DNA of 62,689 nucleotides, counting the filler, from Sphacelaria rigidula (lineage: Eukaryota): the NCBI GenBank assembly GCA_964200075.2. It is 11 parts of 11 records of this genome, joined end to end, with 100 filler letters (N's around TTAATTAATTAA, not from the genome) between each part and the next. Parts side by side here need not be neighbours in the genome. Positions count along the whole stretch, not along the records: positions 34,250 to 39,857 come from CAXNAA020025905.1; positions 39,958 to 45,565 come from CAXNAA020025906.1; 9 more parts are not named here. The stretch is one strand, 5' to 3'. The translations under genes were made by a program, and so were the position numbers. The first letter of the stretch is position 1. Every line of letters begins with the position of its first letter. The notes under the pieces are model-generated. The model did no database searches. It saw nothing but the letters and a program-made list of their open reading frames with translations, and was not told the origin of the DNA. Shown here piece after piece: positions 34,772 to 45,203 of this stretch.

Positions 34772-35170
34772 GATTGATTTTGATTTGATCGATTATCGCA
34801 CGTCTAAGGGGTCCCCAGGAATCCAGTCGTGGTCATTGTCCACACGATGGACGAGACAGGAACAAAAGGCAGATACTCGCTGAAGAAACAGAAATCATAC
34901 AGAAAAGGTAGAACAGAATATATCAGAATAGGCTAAAACAAAAGAGAGAAAGAGAGACAGAAAAAAAAGGGAAAGCCTGATGGCATGCAAAGTCTGTGCA
35001 AGTTGTCGACAGGTGGCGTCGCGCACACATATGAATCATTTGTTTGGGGACGTTTTGAAGGGAGTTTGTCAGCACATTGAATCCCTTCCATTCCGCGGAA
35101 CGAGTTCACAGTCTGAAAGGGTAGGCCAATCTCTCCCCGATAGATGCGTGGTATCTTGGTGTCGCGGATT
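34772..35170 (-). mobile_element. Probable 3' end of a retroposon with an (AATC)n-like tail
   Basis: GATTG-rich end followed by TTGATCGATTATCGC...GTGGTC..TCCAC, shared with 46993-47070. Confidence 0.45.
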
Positions 35171-35490
35171 GGATTATGATTATCAGTATTCCCCCACCGT
35201 ACCGCGTCGACATCGGTGAATGTTTCACACCCTGGATAATGACAAAAATATCACGTTGTAAAAAAGTGTACTGGGTATCGACTATTGCGTCTATTGCAAC
35301 AGAAGAGGAATTCTACGGTGTGAGCAGTACACTCTTTGCCAATGTAATGTATTGTCCAGCTTGTGCACAATTTTCGCTGCTGCTCACTCACGTCCTACAC
35401 GGTTTCAACGGTAAAAATTAGGTGTTTGACAGACAAAAAACAGTACATCTGTCGAGATTTCAAGCCTCGATCTTTCGTTCCAAACCGGAT

Positions 35491-35790
35491 TCGGGTGAAT
35501 CGTTGTAGTTTAGACTGCCGGTTGTTGAACCATTGTAATTTAGACCACCGATTGGTGAACCGTTTTAATCCAGACTACAGGTTGGTGAACCGTTTCAATT
35601 TAGTCTATCGGTTGGTGAACCGTTTCAATTTAGTCTACCGGTTGATGAGCCGTTTTAATTTAGACTACGGGCTGATGCACCATTTCAATTTAGACTACCG
35701 GCTGATGAACTATTTTGATTTAGACTACCGTTTGATGGACCCTTTTGATTCAGATTGCCGTTTGATGAACCCTTTTAATTCAGACTACCG
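35491..35790. repeat. 30-bp minisatellite, 10 units
   Basis: Consensus about GTTGATGAACCGTTTTAATTTAGACTACCG, no indels and no spacers. Confidence 0.95.
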
Positions 35791-36007
35791 GGATGCAGCG
35801 GCGTGTATTAGTTTCCATTAGTTGGTCTTAATGCGGGAGTGCTGATGGTCATGATCCAAGCCGCGAGACCAAAACGGAAGTCATGTAACGGGGAGATATG
35901 GGTGGATCCCTCGACGCCACGGACGTATCCCGCCCGGAAAGTGTGAAGGAATGTTTGCGATTGTTTTTACGTTTTTACTGGCGTGCATGCGATTGGTTCG
36001 TTTGCAG

Positions 36008-36114
36008 CAAGGATACATCAAAAGGACGCCGTTGGGAGCCTTCAAGTCCACGACCTCAAGAGGACTCATTATCGTGACGCTGGCAGAGACGGACACGCTG
36101 CAGTGGGTCAAAAG
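36008..36114 (+). CDS. gyrA: DNA gyrase subunit A C-terminal pinwheel, internal exon (nuclear-encoded, organelle-type)
   Basis: ttgcag|QGYIKRTPLGAFKSTTSRGLIIVTLAETDTLQWVK(R)|gtgtgt. Resembles the GyrA blade motif GYIKKT.L.AF.....GLIAI.L...D.L.WV. Ends in phase 2. Confidence 0.85.
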
Positions 36115-36189
36115 GTGTGTGTGTATGTATGTGTACGTGTTATTTGCTTCTTTCCTTTTTTGGTCGATGGGACTTGGCGGTGTAACATC

Positions 36190-36575
36190 CCTCGCACAGG
36201 ATGATGGTTTGATACAGGACTGGAGTAGTGCGTCAAAGCAGGGTTCAAACCGGAGCCTCGTGGGGAGGGGTTGGTGAAGTGGCAGTAAAGCTTGTGCGAG
36301 AAGATGACGTCTCTGTGTATGAATGTGTAGAAATGCCAAAATATTTGTGCACTTGGAAGAGTCTCTTCCCATGCGTTCGTGTCAAGCAAGTATGTATTAT
36401 TTTTGTTTCTCACGTGTTGGTCTACTATGTCGTTCTGTTCGACTTTTTTTCTGTTCTTCCTTTTCTTGAGCGAGTGTTTCAGATTTGCTTTTGTTGGGTA
36501 CATCTATCATGCGACTACGGCTGGACTCATGGGTGGTCAGTTCAAGTGGGACAATCAATCAATCATCAATCAATT
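36190..36575 (+). mobile_element. Probable RTE-like LINE 3' remnant with an (AATC)n tail
   Basis: Ends ...GGACAATCAATCAATCATCAATCAA. A similar terminus lies at 49700-49770. Confidence 0.4.
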
Positions 36576-36750
36576 TCCGGAGCATGGGTGGCAGCGTTCA
36601 CCCTCCGGTCGGCCGACGATACTGAACTATTCACATGACAGACGAATCCCCCCCTCCCCTCCACTAAAAACGCGGTGTCGTTTCGCCAGCTGTGTTTCGG
36701 CATTTTCCCCAAAATGTGTAGAAAAAGCGTTTGACTGACTTCGTCTGAGT

Positions 36751-36818
36751 GGGGGTGCGTGGTCAATGGTCAAACGACTAAGGCAAGCAACGAATGAGTA
36801 CGCCCCCCCCTTCCCCCC
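36751..36818 (+). mobile_element. Poly(C) LINE 3' end in a gyrA intron
   Basis: GCGTGGTCAATGGTCAAACGACTAAGGCAAGCAACGAATGAGTACG(C)8TT(C)6. Confidence 0.9.
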
Positions 36819-37025
36819 ACCGTGTTCCTCTAAAAGCGCCCGTTGTCCCAAGGAATCACCCCATCCTCTCTACCCCGCTACACGCGGGCTTTGTACTTTA
36901 TGGCTATCGCGTTTTGAACGCGTATTGGACTTCAACCGAATCGTTGTGACTCTTGCTCAAGAAACGGATGAAGGTCCCGCCACTCAGACCCCCGAAATGC
37001 GGTAGATGAGCCCACCATGCCGCAG

Positions 37026-37320
37026 CGCCCCGGTGGTGTGAGTTATAACGGTACATCAATAGCCGGTAACGGCGTAAGGTTGCGGAGTCGACCCCCGACA
37101 GATATGGCGCTTTTTTAAAAAGTAAAATCGGGCTTGAGGTCGCGAGTAAAAACAAATATTGGACAATGGTGGACGTGGCGTTGCAGTGCTGATCTTCTGG
37201 GTGATACCAAACTGTGAGGCAGGTACATTTACCGAGGGAAATACAGGTTGATTCATCGAGGCTACGGACTGTTCCCGAGAACAGAGGGGAGGGGGGATTG
37301 GAGGTATCACAGGGAAAAAA
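37026..37320 (+). mobile_element. Diverged family A-related tRNA SINE
   Basis: Head GCCCCGGTGGTG...GGAGTCGACCCC. The body resembles the reverse complement of 28690-28830. A-rich end. Confidence 0.5.
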
Positions 37321-37409
37321 AGCCCCGATATGATTCAAGTCGCTTTATTGTCATCAAAAAGTCCGACCCGCCTGTCTTTATTATCATCAGAAAATTTGAC
37401 CCGCTTGCG

Positions 37410-37778
37410 TTTTTGTTTTTTTCCTCATCTCTGAGTCTCTCGTGGCCTTCCTCGGAATGAGTCCGTGATCTCAAGGGATCCATCTCTCTCTCTCTCTCTC
37501 TCTCTTCCCCGCTTTACGCCCTTACGTTCTGGTGTCGCCGATTGGATCATGACCATCAACACTCCCGCACCGGGTCGATGGCGCGGCGTCGATTGTTGTC
37601 TAACAAACTCAGACAAACAGACCCTTTTTGACCCTCACGTCGTGACACGCCTTCAACGACAGGCATCAGATACGTTTGAGAAAAATATGCCAAATTAAAC
37701 GCATCTGGCGGAGATTGAACTCACGTTTCGCCCGTCCTAACGGTGTCAGTTGGATCATGACCACTACACCACCGGGGC
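37410..37778 (-). mobile_element. tRNA-derived SINE, family A
   Basis: Head GCCCCGGTGGTGTAGTGGT (A box) ... GAGTTCAATCTCC (B box). Body and tail match 9836-10148. Confidence 0.8.
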
Positions 37779-38096
37779 ATGTGGCAGTATTCCTGCGCCA
37801 TTTCTATCATGGCAATAGGTTCTGCCCAAGCGCGTTTCTCCCTGCTAATGCTACCTCCGTTTTTCCCGTCGCCTACTTGCCCCGCATGTCTGTGTGTATG
37901 TTTCTTCACTTCACTCTGTCTGTTGCAATTCTTGCTGGATCCGAGTGCATGCTTGGAGCGTCATCATCCACAAGCAATGCACACGAGGCCATGAAGGCTA
38001 GCTGGTGTAGTTGACCCCGGCGTTTTCCGTCGCCGACTGAGTATTGGTGGAATGTTTTTCATGTGTATGTCGTCGTTGCCGTCGTACGAACCGCAG

Positions 38097-38208
38097 GTGT
38101 CGCAATGATGACAGCATCATCATCGGAACAGAGCAGGGCTACGCCACTCGATTCCTCGCAAACGCGGCCGATCTGAGGCCTTCGGGCAGGACGTCCAGGG
38201 GCGTGAAG
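38097..38208 (+). CDS. gyrA: DNA gyrase subunit A, next exon
   Basis: ccgcag|(R)CRNDDSIIIGTEQGYATRFLANAADLRPSGRTSRGVK|gtgaag. Phase-compatible with 36008-36114. LRP.GR.[AS]RGV is the GyrA CTD blade signature. Confidence 0.9.
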
Positions 38209-38256
38209 GTGAAGTAAAGGGGGATCTCGATTTACTCACCGATGATGGAGAATCAT

Positions 38257-38603
38257 ATGTGTGTGTGTTGTCGTCCCATCCATTCTGGACGCCGATCTAC
38301 ACCTTTGGGTATATGTGGGCGAATCAGCCGGGGTCACACAGGAGGAAGGTCAACACAGGAGCTTTTTCTTTTTTCTTTGTTTTTAGTACCCCACCTTCCC
38401 TCTGCGGTGCTTGCCTTGATTGTTCATCGCGAGAGGGATTTAGCAGTCCCTTTCCCTCTTCGACCGTTTAGTTGAATGTTGTGTACCCACGACATAGTCG
38501 CTCTCCACTGTTGAGCATGGTGTGAAAAAAAATCCCAGTTCGCTGCGTGAATTGAACCGTCAGAAGACGTGTCGAGGTTACCAACTGAGCCACCCGGGCG
38601 ACC
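38257..38603 (-). mobile_element. tRNA-derived SINE, family B, (CA)n tail
   Basis: Head GGTCGCCCGGGTGGCTCAGTTGGTAACCTCG...CTTCTGACGG. The 3' end GATGGGACGACAACACACACA matches 53203-53520 and 51847-51930. Confidence 0.8.
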
Positions 38604-40495
38604 ATTATATGGGGGAGAAAACACACACATAAAAAAGAAATTCAGATCGTTGGACATGCTGGTAACCGTGTTTAACTCTGGTTGTTTTTGCTTCGAGTTT
38701 TGCACACGAGCTGATGTACAATGACTCAAGTCCTGGTGACAAAACGACAGTTTTTTTGTGTGTGTGGTGTTTTTCGACTTCGTTTACTGTGCGCCATCCT
38801 TGTTGGTTTTATAGTTTATAAGGCGTTTGATGGAGTATGACCCGTGTTTGGATTTGTGTTGCTGTCCATGTATTCTTTGTCGGACGTAGTATTGAATCTG
38901 CTGGTGTTTCGAAGCCGTTGACGGCTCCATCTTTCCAAGGTTCGAAGGGAAAGACACAAAATTGTATTTCCCTCCGCTTTTCTGTTTTTTGTCTTTGAGC
39001 ACGTTAAACCCTTTGACGCCTGGAGCGTTCTCACGACGAAGAGCCCCTGTTCGAAGGTCGATTGTTCGTGCCCTCGCGCAAATATCGTGGGAGATCTACG
39101 AGAGTAAAGCTATTTGTGAACTGGTTTCCTTTTCTTTCCCTCATCGCATAAATTTCTTTGTTCAGACCCACGGTACACAGATGTAAGAAGTTCCTGGGCA
39201 ACGACGCGGATAGACATCGCTCCTCTGAACGGGGTACGTCATTGCGGTATCCAGTTGCAGAGGGTACGACCCTCTCACTCTAGCGCGACAGAAGAAAAGA
39301 CACGTCAAACGATATTTCGGGGGACCGACATCCGATCGGACGATATTCCAGCAAATCAGAATAGTTGTCCTACGCCTGTGACCACGGGTTCGAGAGAGCG
39401 GGCTAGTGTGCAGGAATCATGGGGGTAGTATTACAGCAGTACCGAGGAAGCGGGACACTGTGATACGTACGTGTGAAAAGACACACGCTGAAGCAGCCAA
39501 TGAGGAGAAATAAGAAAATAAAAAAAAGAGTAGGAATTCAAACAAATATAGATGAAGCAGAAAAAAATCCTGCTTCAGGACCCCGGCTACTCGAATCCGG
39601 GCAAATGCGTGTGCTTGAAGAGGTCGTTGACGCACGTATGAGGACTCCACTTGCCGTGGTCGTTGGCGTCCCTCGGGAAAATGACTTGTTTTCAGTGTGC
39701 TGATGCTTCTGCGTGGCTGTCTTCACGCACACGGCTTAGAGGTCACCCGTTCCAAAAACAACCGTCTGGGCACATCCCCCCCCGTGGCCGAAATAATCGA
39801 CTTTCTGAGCTCTAAGGGGCTTCAATTGAGAAACGCACCGACGTCGAAGAACCGCGCNNNNNNNNNNNNNNNNNNNNNNNNNNNNNNNNNNNNNNNNNNN
39901 NTTAATTAATTAANNNNNNNNNNNNNNNNNNNNNNNNNNNNNNNNNNNNNNNNNNNNGACAGCCTACAATGAGTTGCTTTATTTTCTGGTGTCGCCACTG
40001 CCAGAGACGGAGCGGGGGGGGGAGAGATTTTATACATTCGATGTTAGCGCAGCTTCATTAGTCTTGCAGGGTGCACGGTACTGTACCATTGTGAGAGAGA
40101 GCCTGGACTTGTGTTTGGTCTGACAAGGCCGTGTGTACATATGTGTACGTCGGTGTCCGGTTGAGGCGATCACTCTCAACTGCCTGCATTCTGCCATGAC
40201 TTCAGCTGGAGACATATGTGCGTCGAGTGTTCAAGCGTGATAACCAGTAGTACAATTAAAAATCGGACTGCTCACACATGATAAGCCGTAGTGCCACTCA
40301 AGATATCAATGGTGAGACCAAGGGAGACATGGCTCGCCCCAATCCGCAAGGCTACACCTTTGATATTGCTCAGTAGAGCAGATGGCGGGGCTGCAGATGA
40401 ATAGCGATAACATCAGCAGTTTGCACGTGTTTACGGAGAATCACCCAGGTGCCAAACAAACTCAGACTTCGGGATAGCCGACGACGAATCTATAC

Positions 40496-40554
40496 CAAAA
40501 ATTGGAGAGGGCAACTCGAGATATGTGAGGAGCATTCTGCAGCTCTTTGGACAG
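40496..40554 (-). CDS. AAR2: Probable further AAR2 exon
   Basis: ttttcag|LSKELQNAPHISRVALSNF(W)|gtatag, in phase after a 101-nt intron. Weak sequence support. Confidence 0.4.
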
Positions 40555-40655
40555 CTGAAAACGGAACATGGAGCGAGTGTACACTACAGCGTATCCAACC
40601 CCACATATCACGGAGGGGAAAATAAAGGGTGAACGGTTGAATGCTAATGGCGCAC

Positions 40656-40754
40656 CTGGAGCAGTGCAGACAAACATGGCGCCAGAAAGTTGTCCTTGGA
40701 CAGCTCCACATCGAAGAAGTCTTCCGGTACAAGTCGAAGATGTGCATGAAGCAT
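40656..40754 (-). CDS. AAR2: AAR2 (U5 snRNP assembly factor) exon
   Basis: gtcgcag|MLHAHLRLVPEDFFDVELSKDNFLAPCLSALLQ|gtgcgc. P.DFF...S..NFL is the AAR2 C-terminal motif. Confidence 0.88.
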
Positions 40755-41149
40755 CTGCGACAAAAAAACATATATTGGATGTTGACATATATTGAAAGAA
40801 AATGTCGGGACAAATATCGAAGCGTGTAAAACGCGATCAACCAAACAAACACCCCACGGCAGAAACAGCACACTGATAGACGCAGGCAGACATGAAAAGC
40901 ACCCGTGCGGAGAGGTGAGCGCCGTGAAGGATGCCAAGATTTTGATATGTGAAAACAATTTCGCCGTGAGAGCTGCCGAACACAAGTCAAAACACCATCA
41001 AATGGGGTTGGTGAGTTGTTCCCTATTGTACGCGAACTGGGCCCAACAAACAACAAACGAAAAAAGAAAAAAGAAAAGGAAAAAAAAGAAAGGAAAAAAC
41101 ACGAAAAATGGGGCATGGTTGAGCGACTCGTTACCTCTGCCGGACTCAC

Positions 41150-41305
41150 CCTGATGAACGCCGTGAAAAGCGCGGGGTGCGTGGCTAGCGCATCTCCACA
41201 CCGGCACAGAAGAGCGGACAGCTCTTGCCAGTGCCTGAAGCCCCTCAGTGACGAGAGAGAGATAAACAGCACAAAAGCCACCTGCAGCTCTCCCAGCAGC
41301 TCCAT
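41150..41305 (-). CDS. AAR2: AAR2 exon
   Basis: aag|MELLGELQVAFVLFISLSSLRGFRHWQELSALLCRCGDALATHPALFTAFIR|gtgagt. Carries the LLGELQ.AF...W..L..LLC signature. Confidence 0.9.
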
Positions 41306-42899
41306 CTTATTTCGTGAGTCAGTCACCAAAGCCCACGAAAAACGAAAACGGCGGCGCAGTGAACGGGGGCGTAGATCGACGTGCAGCATTTGAGGCACGG
41401 CCGCCATAGTCCGTCTTGCTGGTGTGCGCCATGTGACGGAGCTCAACAGGAGCAGTTTCATTGGTTGTTTGATTATCCCATCTCGTGAGACTCACAACGG
41501 ACGATCCCGGGTTCCAAAGGCTCGTACCTATCACACCGTGGGGGTAGCGCTCCAGCTCGCTCATCGAAGATCAAGTTGGTGCCGATACATTTCTTCCGAG
41601 GACTCTCCTCATCTCGGCATCCAACAACTAACTCCTACAAGTACACGTTTTACGTGCCAAAAGTTGTAAATCCCACTTCCACTGCTCTGATCCCGTACTC
41701 GATACGCGGCCAGACTAAGACTTTGCCTCCCCGGTAATTAGACGTTCCAGCACGGCCAGTCACGACAATCAAGCGTGGGCGTGGTTGTGTAAGTATCGAG
41801 TATCGTATTTTCGACCACGGGAATACGTTCCTTTGGCACAGGATCATCTTCTTCAGGCGTTCTACTTCACCGTTTCCGAAAACAAATAATTAGATGATTC
41901 CCAGCCTACGCCACTCTGTGTACGTTCGAAATCCCAGTCTCTCTTTACCTTTGTATGAAAAATTGCCTCAACCAAGTTTTTTTTTCATTCGCATGAATTC
42001 GTCATTCCCGCAAAAGGTGGCGTTGGACGTATTAACATTCATCATACGTGGGGAAAATTCAAAGGCCCGCGCTAATTCGTCGAGAACGTCGCACCGGTAT
42101 TTCGTCAGCATAACTCCGGGCATCAACGACAGCGTCGAACGTAGTCCATTCTCAGCCATGTGCACGAGGCGTGCCTTCATGTGTATCCATGCCGTGGTTT
42201 ACGAGCGATGACAATCCGCGTCGGCGCGAACGTCACTGTTGCGTGTAAATCCCCGACTGTGGCACAAATCACAAAACTACCTCTACGAGTGACAGCGCTG
42301 TATATGAGCACTACTGCCACGCACGGCAGCGCCGTTTGCCTCCACGCCGCACACGAAAATGTCGCCTGCCGGTATTCCCGCAAGGTTTCTTCCGTAAGCT
42401 TCGAGAAAGAGCATGTTTACCCAGTGGTAGCGAACCCACAACAAACCAGCAGTTCCCTTACAAGCGCCATGGACACGCGGTGCAAGCGTGTGTATTCGAA
42501 TATATACAGTGGGATCCGCCGCCATGGCAGTGATTGGGCTATGACACTTCGGAGTGCTTGTCGAATTTTGGGGGTTTGTGGCTGTGGGACATTTTTTGGC
42601 AATCGAACGGGCTATGTGCTCTCGGTAATATCTGCATGAACTGCTCGCTGCTTGCGAAAACGTTGGTACTCTGTCGCCGTTAATAAGATGGCTCAATGAT
42701 TTGGCGAAAACAAAAAAAAGGTAAATTCAAAAAGTGGTGCTTTTCCTCCTATTTTTGTTGCCGAGAACGATGAAATGCTGTCTAATCTACTGTGCTTAGT
42801 TGGAATGTTTTCTCTGTTTCATTACGGGTATTGTTCGGGAATTTATTGTATGAGACGGTATCGGATGACTCTCCATTAATTTATCCTCATAGTACACTG

Positions 42900-43494
42900 A
42901 ACTTCCGATGTTCTTCCTCTAGCAATTTCAGGTTCTCCCATGCTTCCTCTAGTTTATTGACCACCGTTGCTTCTTCATCTAGCATGCGGTTCAGTCCCGC
43001 CTTTTTTGACTTGAAGTGCCCAGCGCCTTCCCCTATCTTGGTTCTAGCGTTCTCAACTGTCTTAGGGAGCGGAGCCGTCGTCTCTTCAGCCTGGTGTAAG
43101 GTGTGAGGCATCATAACCCCAGGCAGTCCTTCTACCGAAGGTTCCGGACCTTTGCCTTTGGCCTCGGTTCCTTGTCCGTTGTCAGACTTCTTCTCCGCGA
43201 GCTGCTGGTCTTCACCCCGCGACTACCGTCGATCGTAAGGCAAAGGTCCGGAACCTTCGGTAGAAGGACTGCCTGGGGTCATGATGCCTCACACCTTACA
43301 CCAGGCTGAAGAGACGACGGCTCCGGTCTCTAAGATCGGTGAGAACGCTAGAACCAAGATGGGGGAAGGCGCTAGGCACTTCAAGTCAAAAAAGGCGGGA
43401 CTGGACCGCATACTAGATGAAAAAGCAACGGTGGCCAATAAACTAGAGGAAGCAAGGGAGAACCTAAAATTGCTAGAGGAACAACATCAGAAGT
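42900..43494. repeat. Intronic inverted duplication (~260-bp arms, ~80-bp loop)
   Basis: 42900-43157 is the reverse complement of 43237-43494, giving the mirrored ORFs MMPHTLHQAEETTAP. Confidence 0.92.
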
Positions 43495-44315
43495 TAGATG
43501 ACTCTGCGACGAAGGAGGAGGCAGCAGTTAATAAAGCTCGTAAAAAAGGGGGGGCGACGACCTCCAAGTACGTGGTAAACGCCAAAATTCGGCCGAAAAG
43601 GCCGGATCCCCATCGCCTAGAACAGCCCCAGCAAGGGGTCGCGAAAGGCGAGGGTGGAGGGAGCCCGGATGGCCCCGGAGTAGGGCGTCATCCCATCATT
43701 CAGATGGCACCGGTGCAGCCGCATCATCATCCCAATCCCGACACCATTGAGGTTGGAGGGGTCTCCATTAGCATCGAAGATTTCAGGTTCTTACAAGGGA
43801 CCTGTCCCCGCGGTGTCAGCCTTGTGGAGTGGCATCAAATTCAATTATTTCGGCGGGATGTTGAGGCCTTTCAATCCGGCCCTCCTCTCCACTCACCTCA
43901 GGGGGTAGAGGGATATATGTCAAGCTCGGAGTGTGGGAGCTTCAGTTCAAGGTCGGACGGATCGCAGGCGCCAGGCAGGCAAGGACCTCACACGTACTGT
44001 GGAGGAAGGAGCGAGTCCAAGAAACAAAGGTATGTCTCACGTACCAGAAGGGACTCAAGCAGTGTGAGGGGTCAAAGTGTGGTACCTCACTCAAATATAG
44101 TCGGGGTGGTGTCGTCTAGCCAGGTCGCTCCTCAACCTGTTGCCCCGCCCACGGCCCCGGTCACAGTTTCCGCTCAAGAAAATCAATCATCAGTAACAGC
44201 AAAAACTGCGGCTGAAATAGCAAGAGAATATGCGAAGATGGGCACACCCATTTTAATCGAATTACCCAAGTTGCCTTTGAGTCCGGATCACGACGTAGCG
44301 GATTTGGTTGCCTAG
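43281..44315 (+). CDS. 344-aa intronless ORF with an N-terminal coiled coil, antisense inside an AAR2 intron; possibly a retroelement ORF1/gag
   Basis: Long open frame with a heptad-like segment LDRILDEKATVANKLEEARENLKLLEEQHQKLDD. No domain recognised. Confidence 0.4.
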   Translation: MMPHTLHQAEETTAPVSKIGENARTKMGEGARHFKSKKAGLDRILDEKATVANKLEEARENLKLLEEQHQKLDDSATKEEAAVNKARKKGGATTSKYVVNAKIRPKRPDPHRLEQPQQGVAKGEGGGSPDGPGVGRHPIIQMAPVQPHHHPNPDTIEVGGVSISIEDFRFLQGTCPRGVSLVEWHQIQLFRRDVEAFQSGPPLHSPQGVEGYMSSSECGSFSSRSDGSQAPGRQGPHTYCGGRSESKKQRYVSRTRRDSSSVRGQSVVPHSNIVGVVSSSQVAPQPVAPPTAPVTVSAQENQSSVTAKTAAEIAREYAKMGTPILIELPKLPLSPDHDVADLVA

Positions 44316-44780
44316 TGCTGCTTTGCGGGACTCCATCCATGATATGCGGGTGATCGCAGGGGATGCTGAGCCTGTCTACTGACATCGTGGTTGGGAAAAG
44401 TGCTTACAGAAGCACTTACTGCGGGCTATTCGCTTGAGTAAGAATCCACCCTACTCGCAGGCAGCGTCAGCCTTAAGAAGTCAAATCGCAAACATCATCA
44501 GTGAGGCGATCCAGATGCAAGATCTTGGATCAACTGGTGCTGAAACATTTGATCATATGCTACGTAGTGACGTTTTGCTCGAAAGTGGTGCATGAATGAC
44601 ATACGTTAGCCCGTGTTTTCATCGCTCACCGTTGAAAAAGGACAAGCTCAAAAATAACATATCGACCTTCCAAAAAGATGGATCTGCTGTCTTCTTTCCA
44701 ATGGAACACTTGCTGGAGAATCAAAGTTGACCAGATAGTACAACGGTCCAGAGTGGAACTCTTGTGCCCAGGACACGCAC

Positions 44781-44939
44781 CCAATTTCCACCGAACGCCG
44801 AGGCGAGGATCTCGCCCAGCGCGGCGCTCCCGTCCATGTTTCGTTTCGTTATCTCCTGAGGATTGACCCGCACAGGTTCCGCCGCTGTCGCTGCAGATTC
44901 TGCGCTAGATTGCCACGTCCAGCCTGCCGCAGTTCGTTT
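44781..44939 (-). CDS. AAR2: AAR2 exon
   Basis: ctccag|KRTAAG...VNPQEITKRNMDGSAALGEILASAFGGNW|gtgcgt. Carries the P.EIT...MD.S..L motif and joins in phase 0 to MELLGELQ. Confidence 0.85.
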
Positions 44940-45131
44940 CTGGAGCACAGAAAATAAAATACGAGGTGGTGTGCGGCATGCGCGTGACGATATCAACACC
45001 CAACGGGATTGCATTTCTCACATGACCCCTCCACCGATCTTGCGTCTACTCCCATGACGGCTGTGCGTTGGTCCGGTCCATCAGTACAATAAAAATAGAC
45101 ACGGGTTCGCGAAAGCGGACTAATGTGTGGA

Positions 45132-45166
<35 letters not shown>

Positions 45167-45203
45167 TGATAATGATAATGATAATAATAATGATAATAAT
45201 AAT
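45132..45203. repeat. (AAT/GAT)n microsatellite. Others: (TA)n 31136-31161, (TG)n 31298-31342 and 51847-51890, (CAG)n 51699-51733
   Basis: Direct inspection. Confidence 0.95.

Noticed and set aside
35491..35790. CRISPR-like 30-bp repeats
   Set aside because: Units are contiguous with no unique spacers, there are no cas genes, and the context is a eukaryotic gene region.
40330..40800. piggyBac transposase remnant on the + strand
   Set aside because: Only vague motif resemblance. The minus strand is well explained by AAR2 exons.
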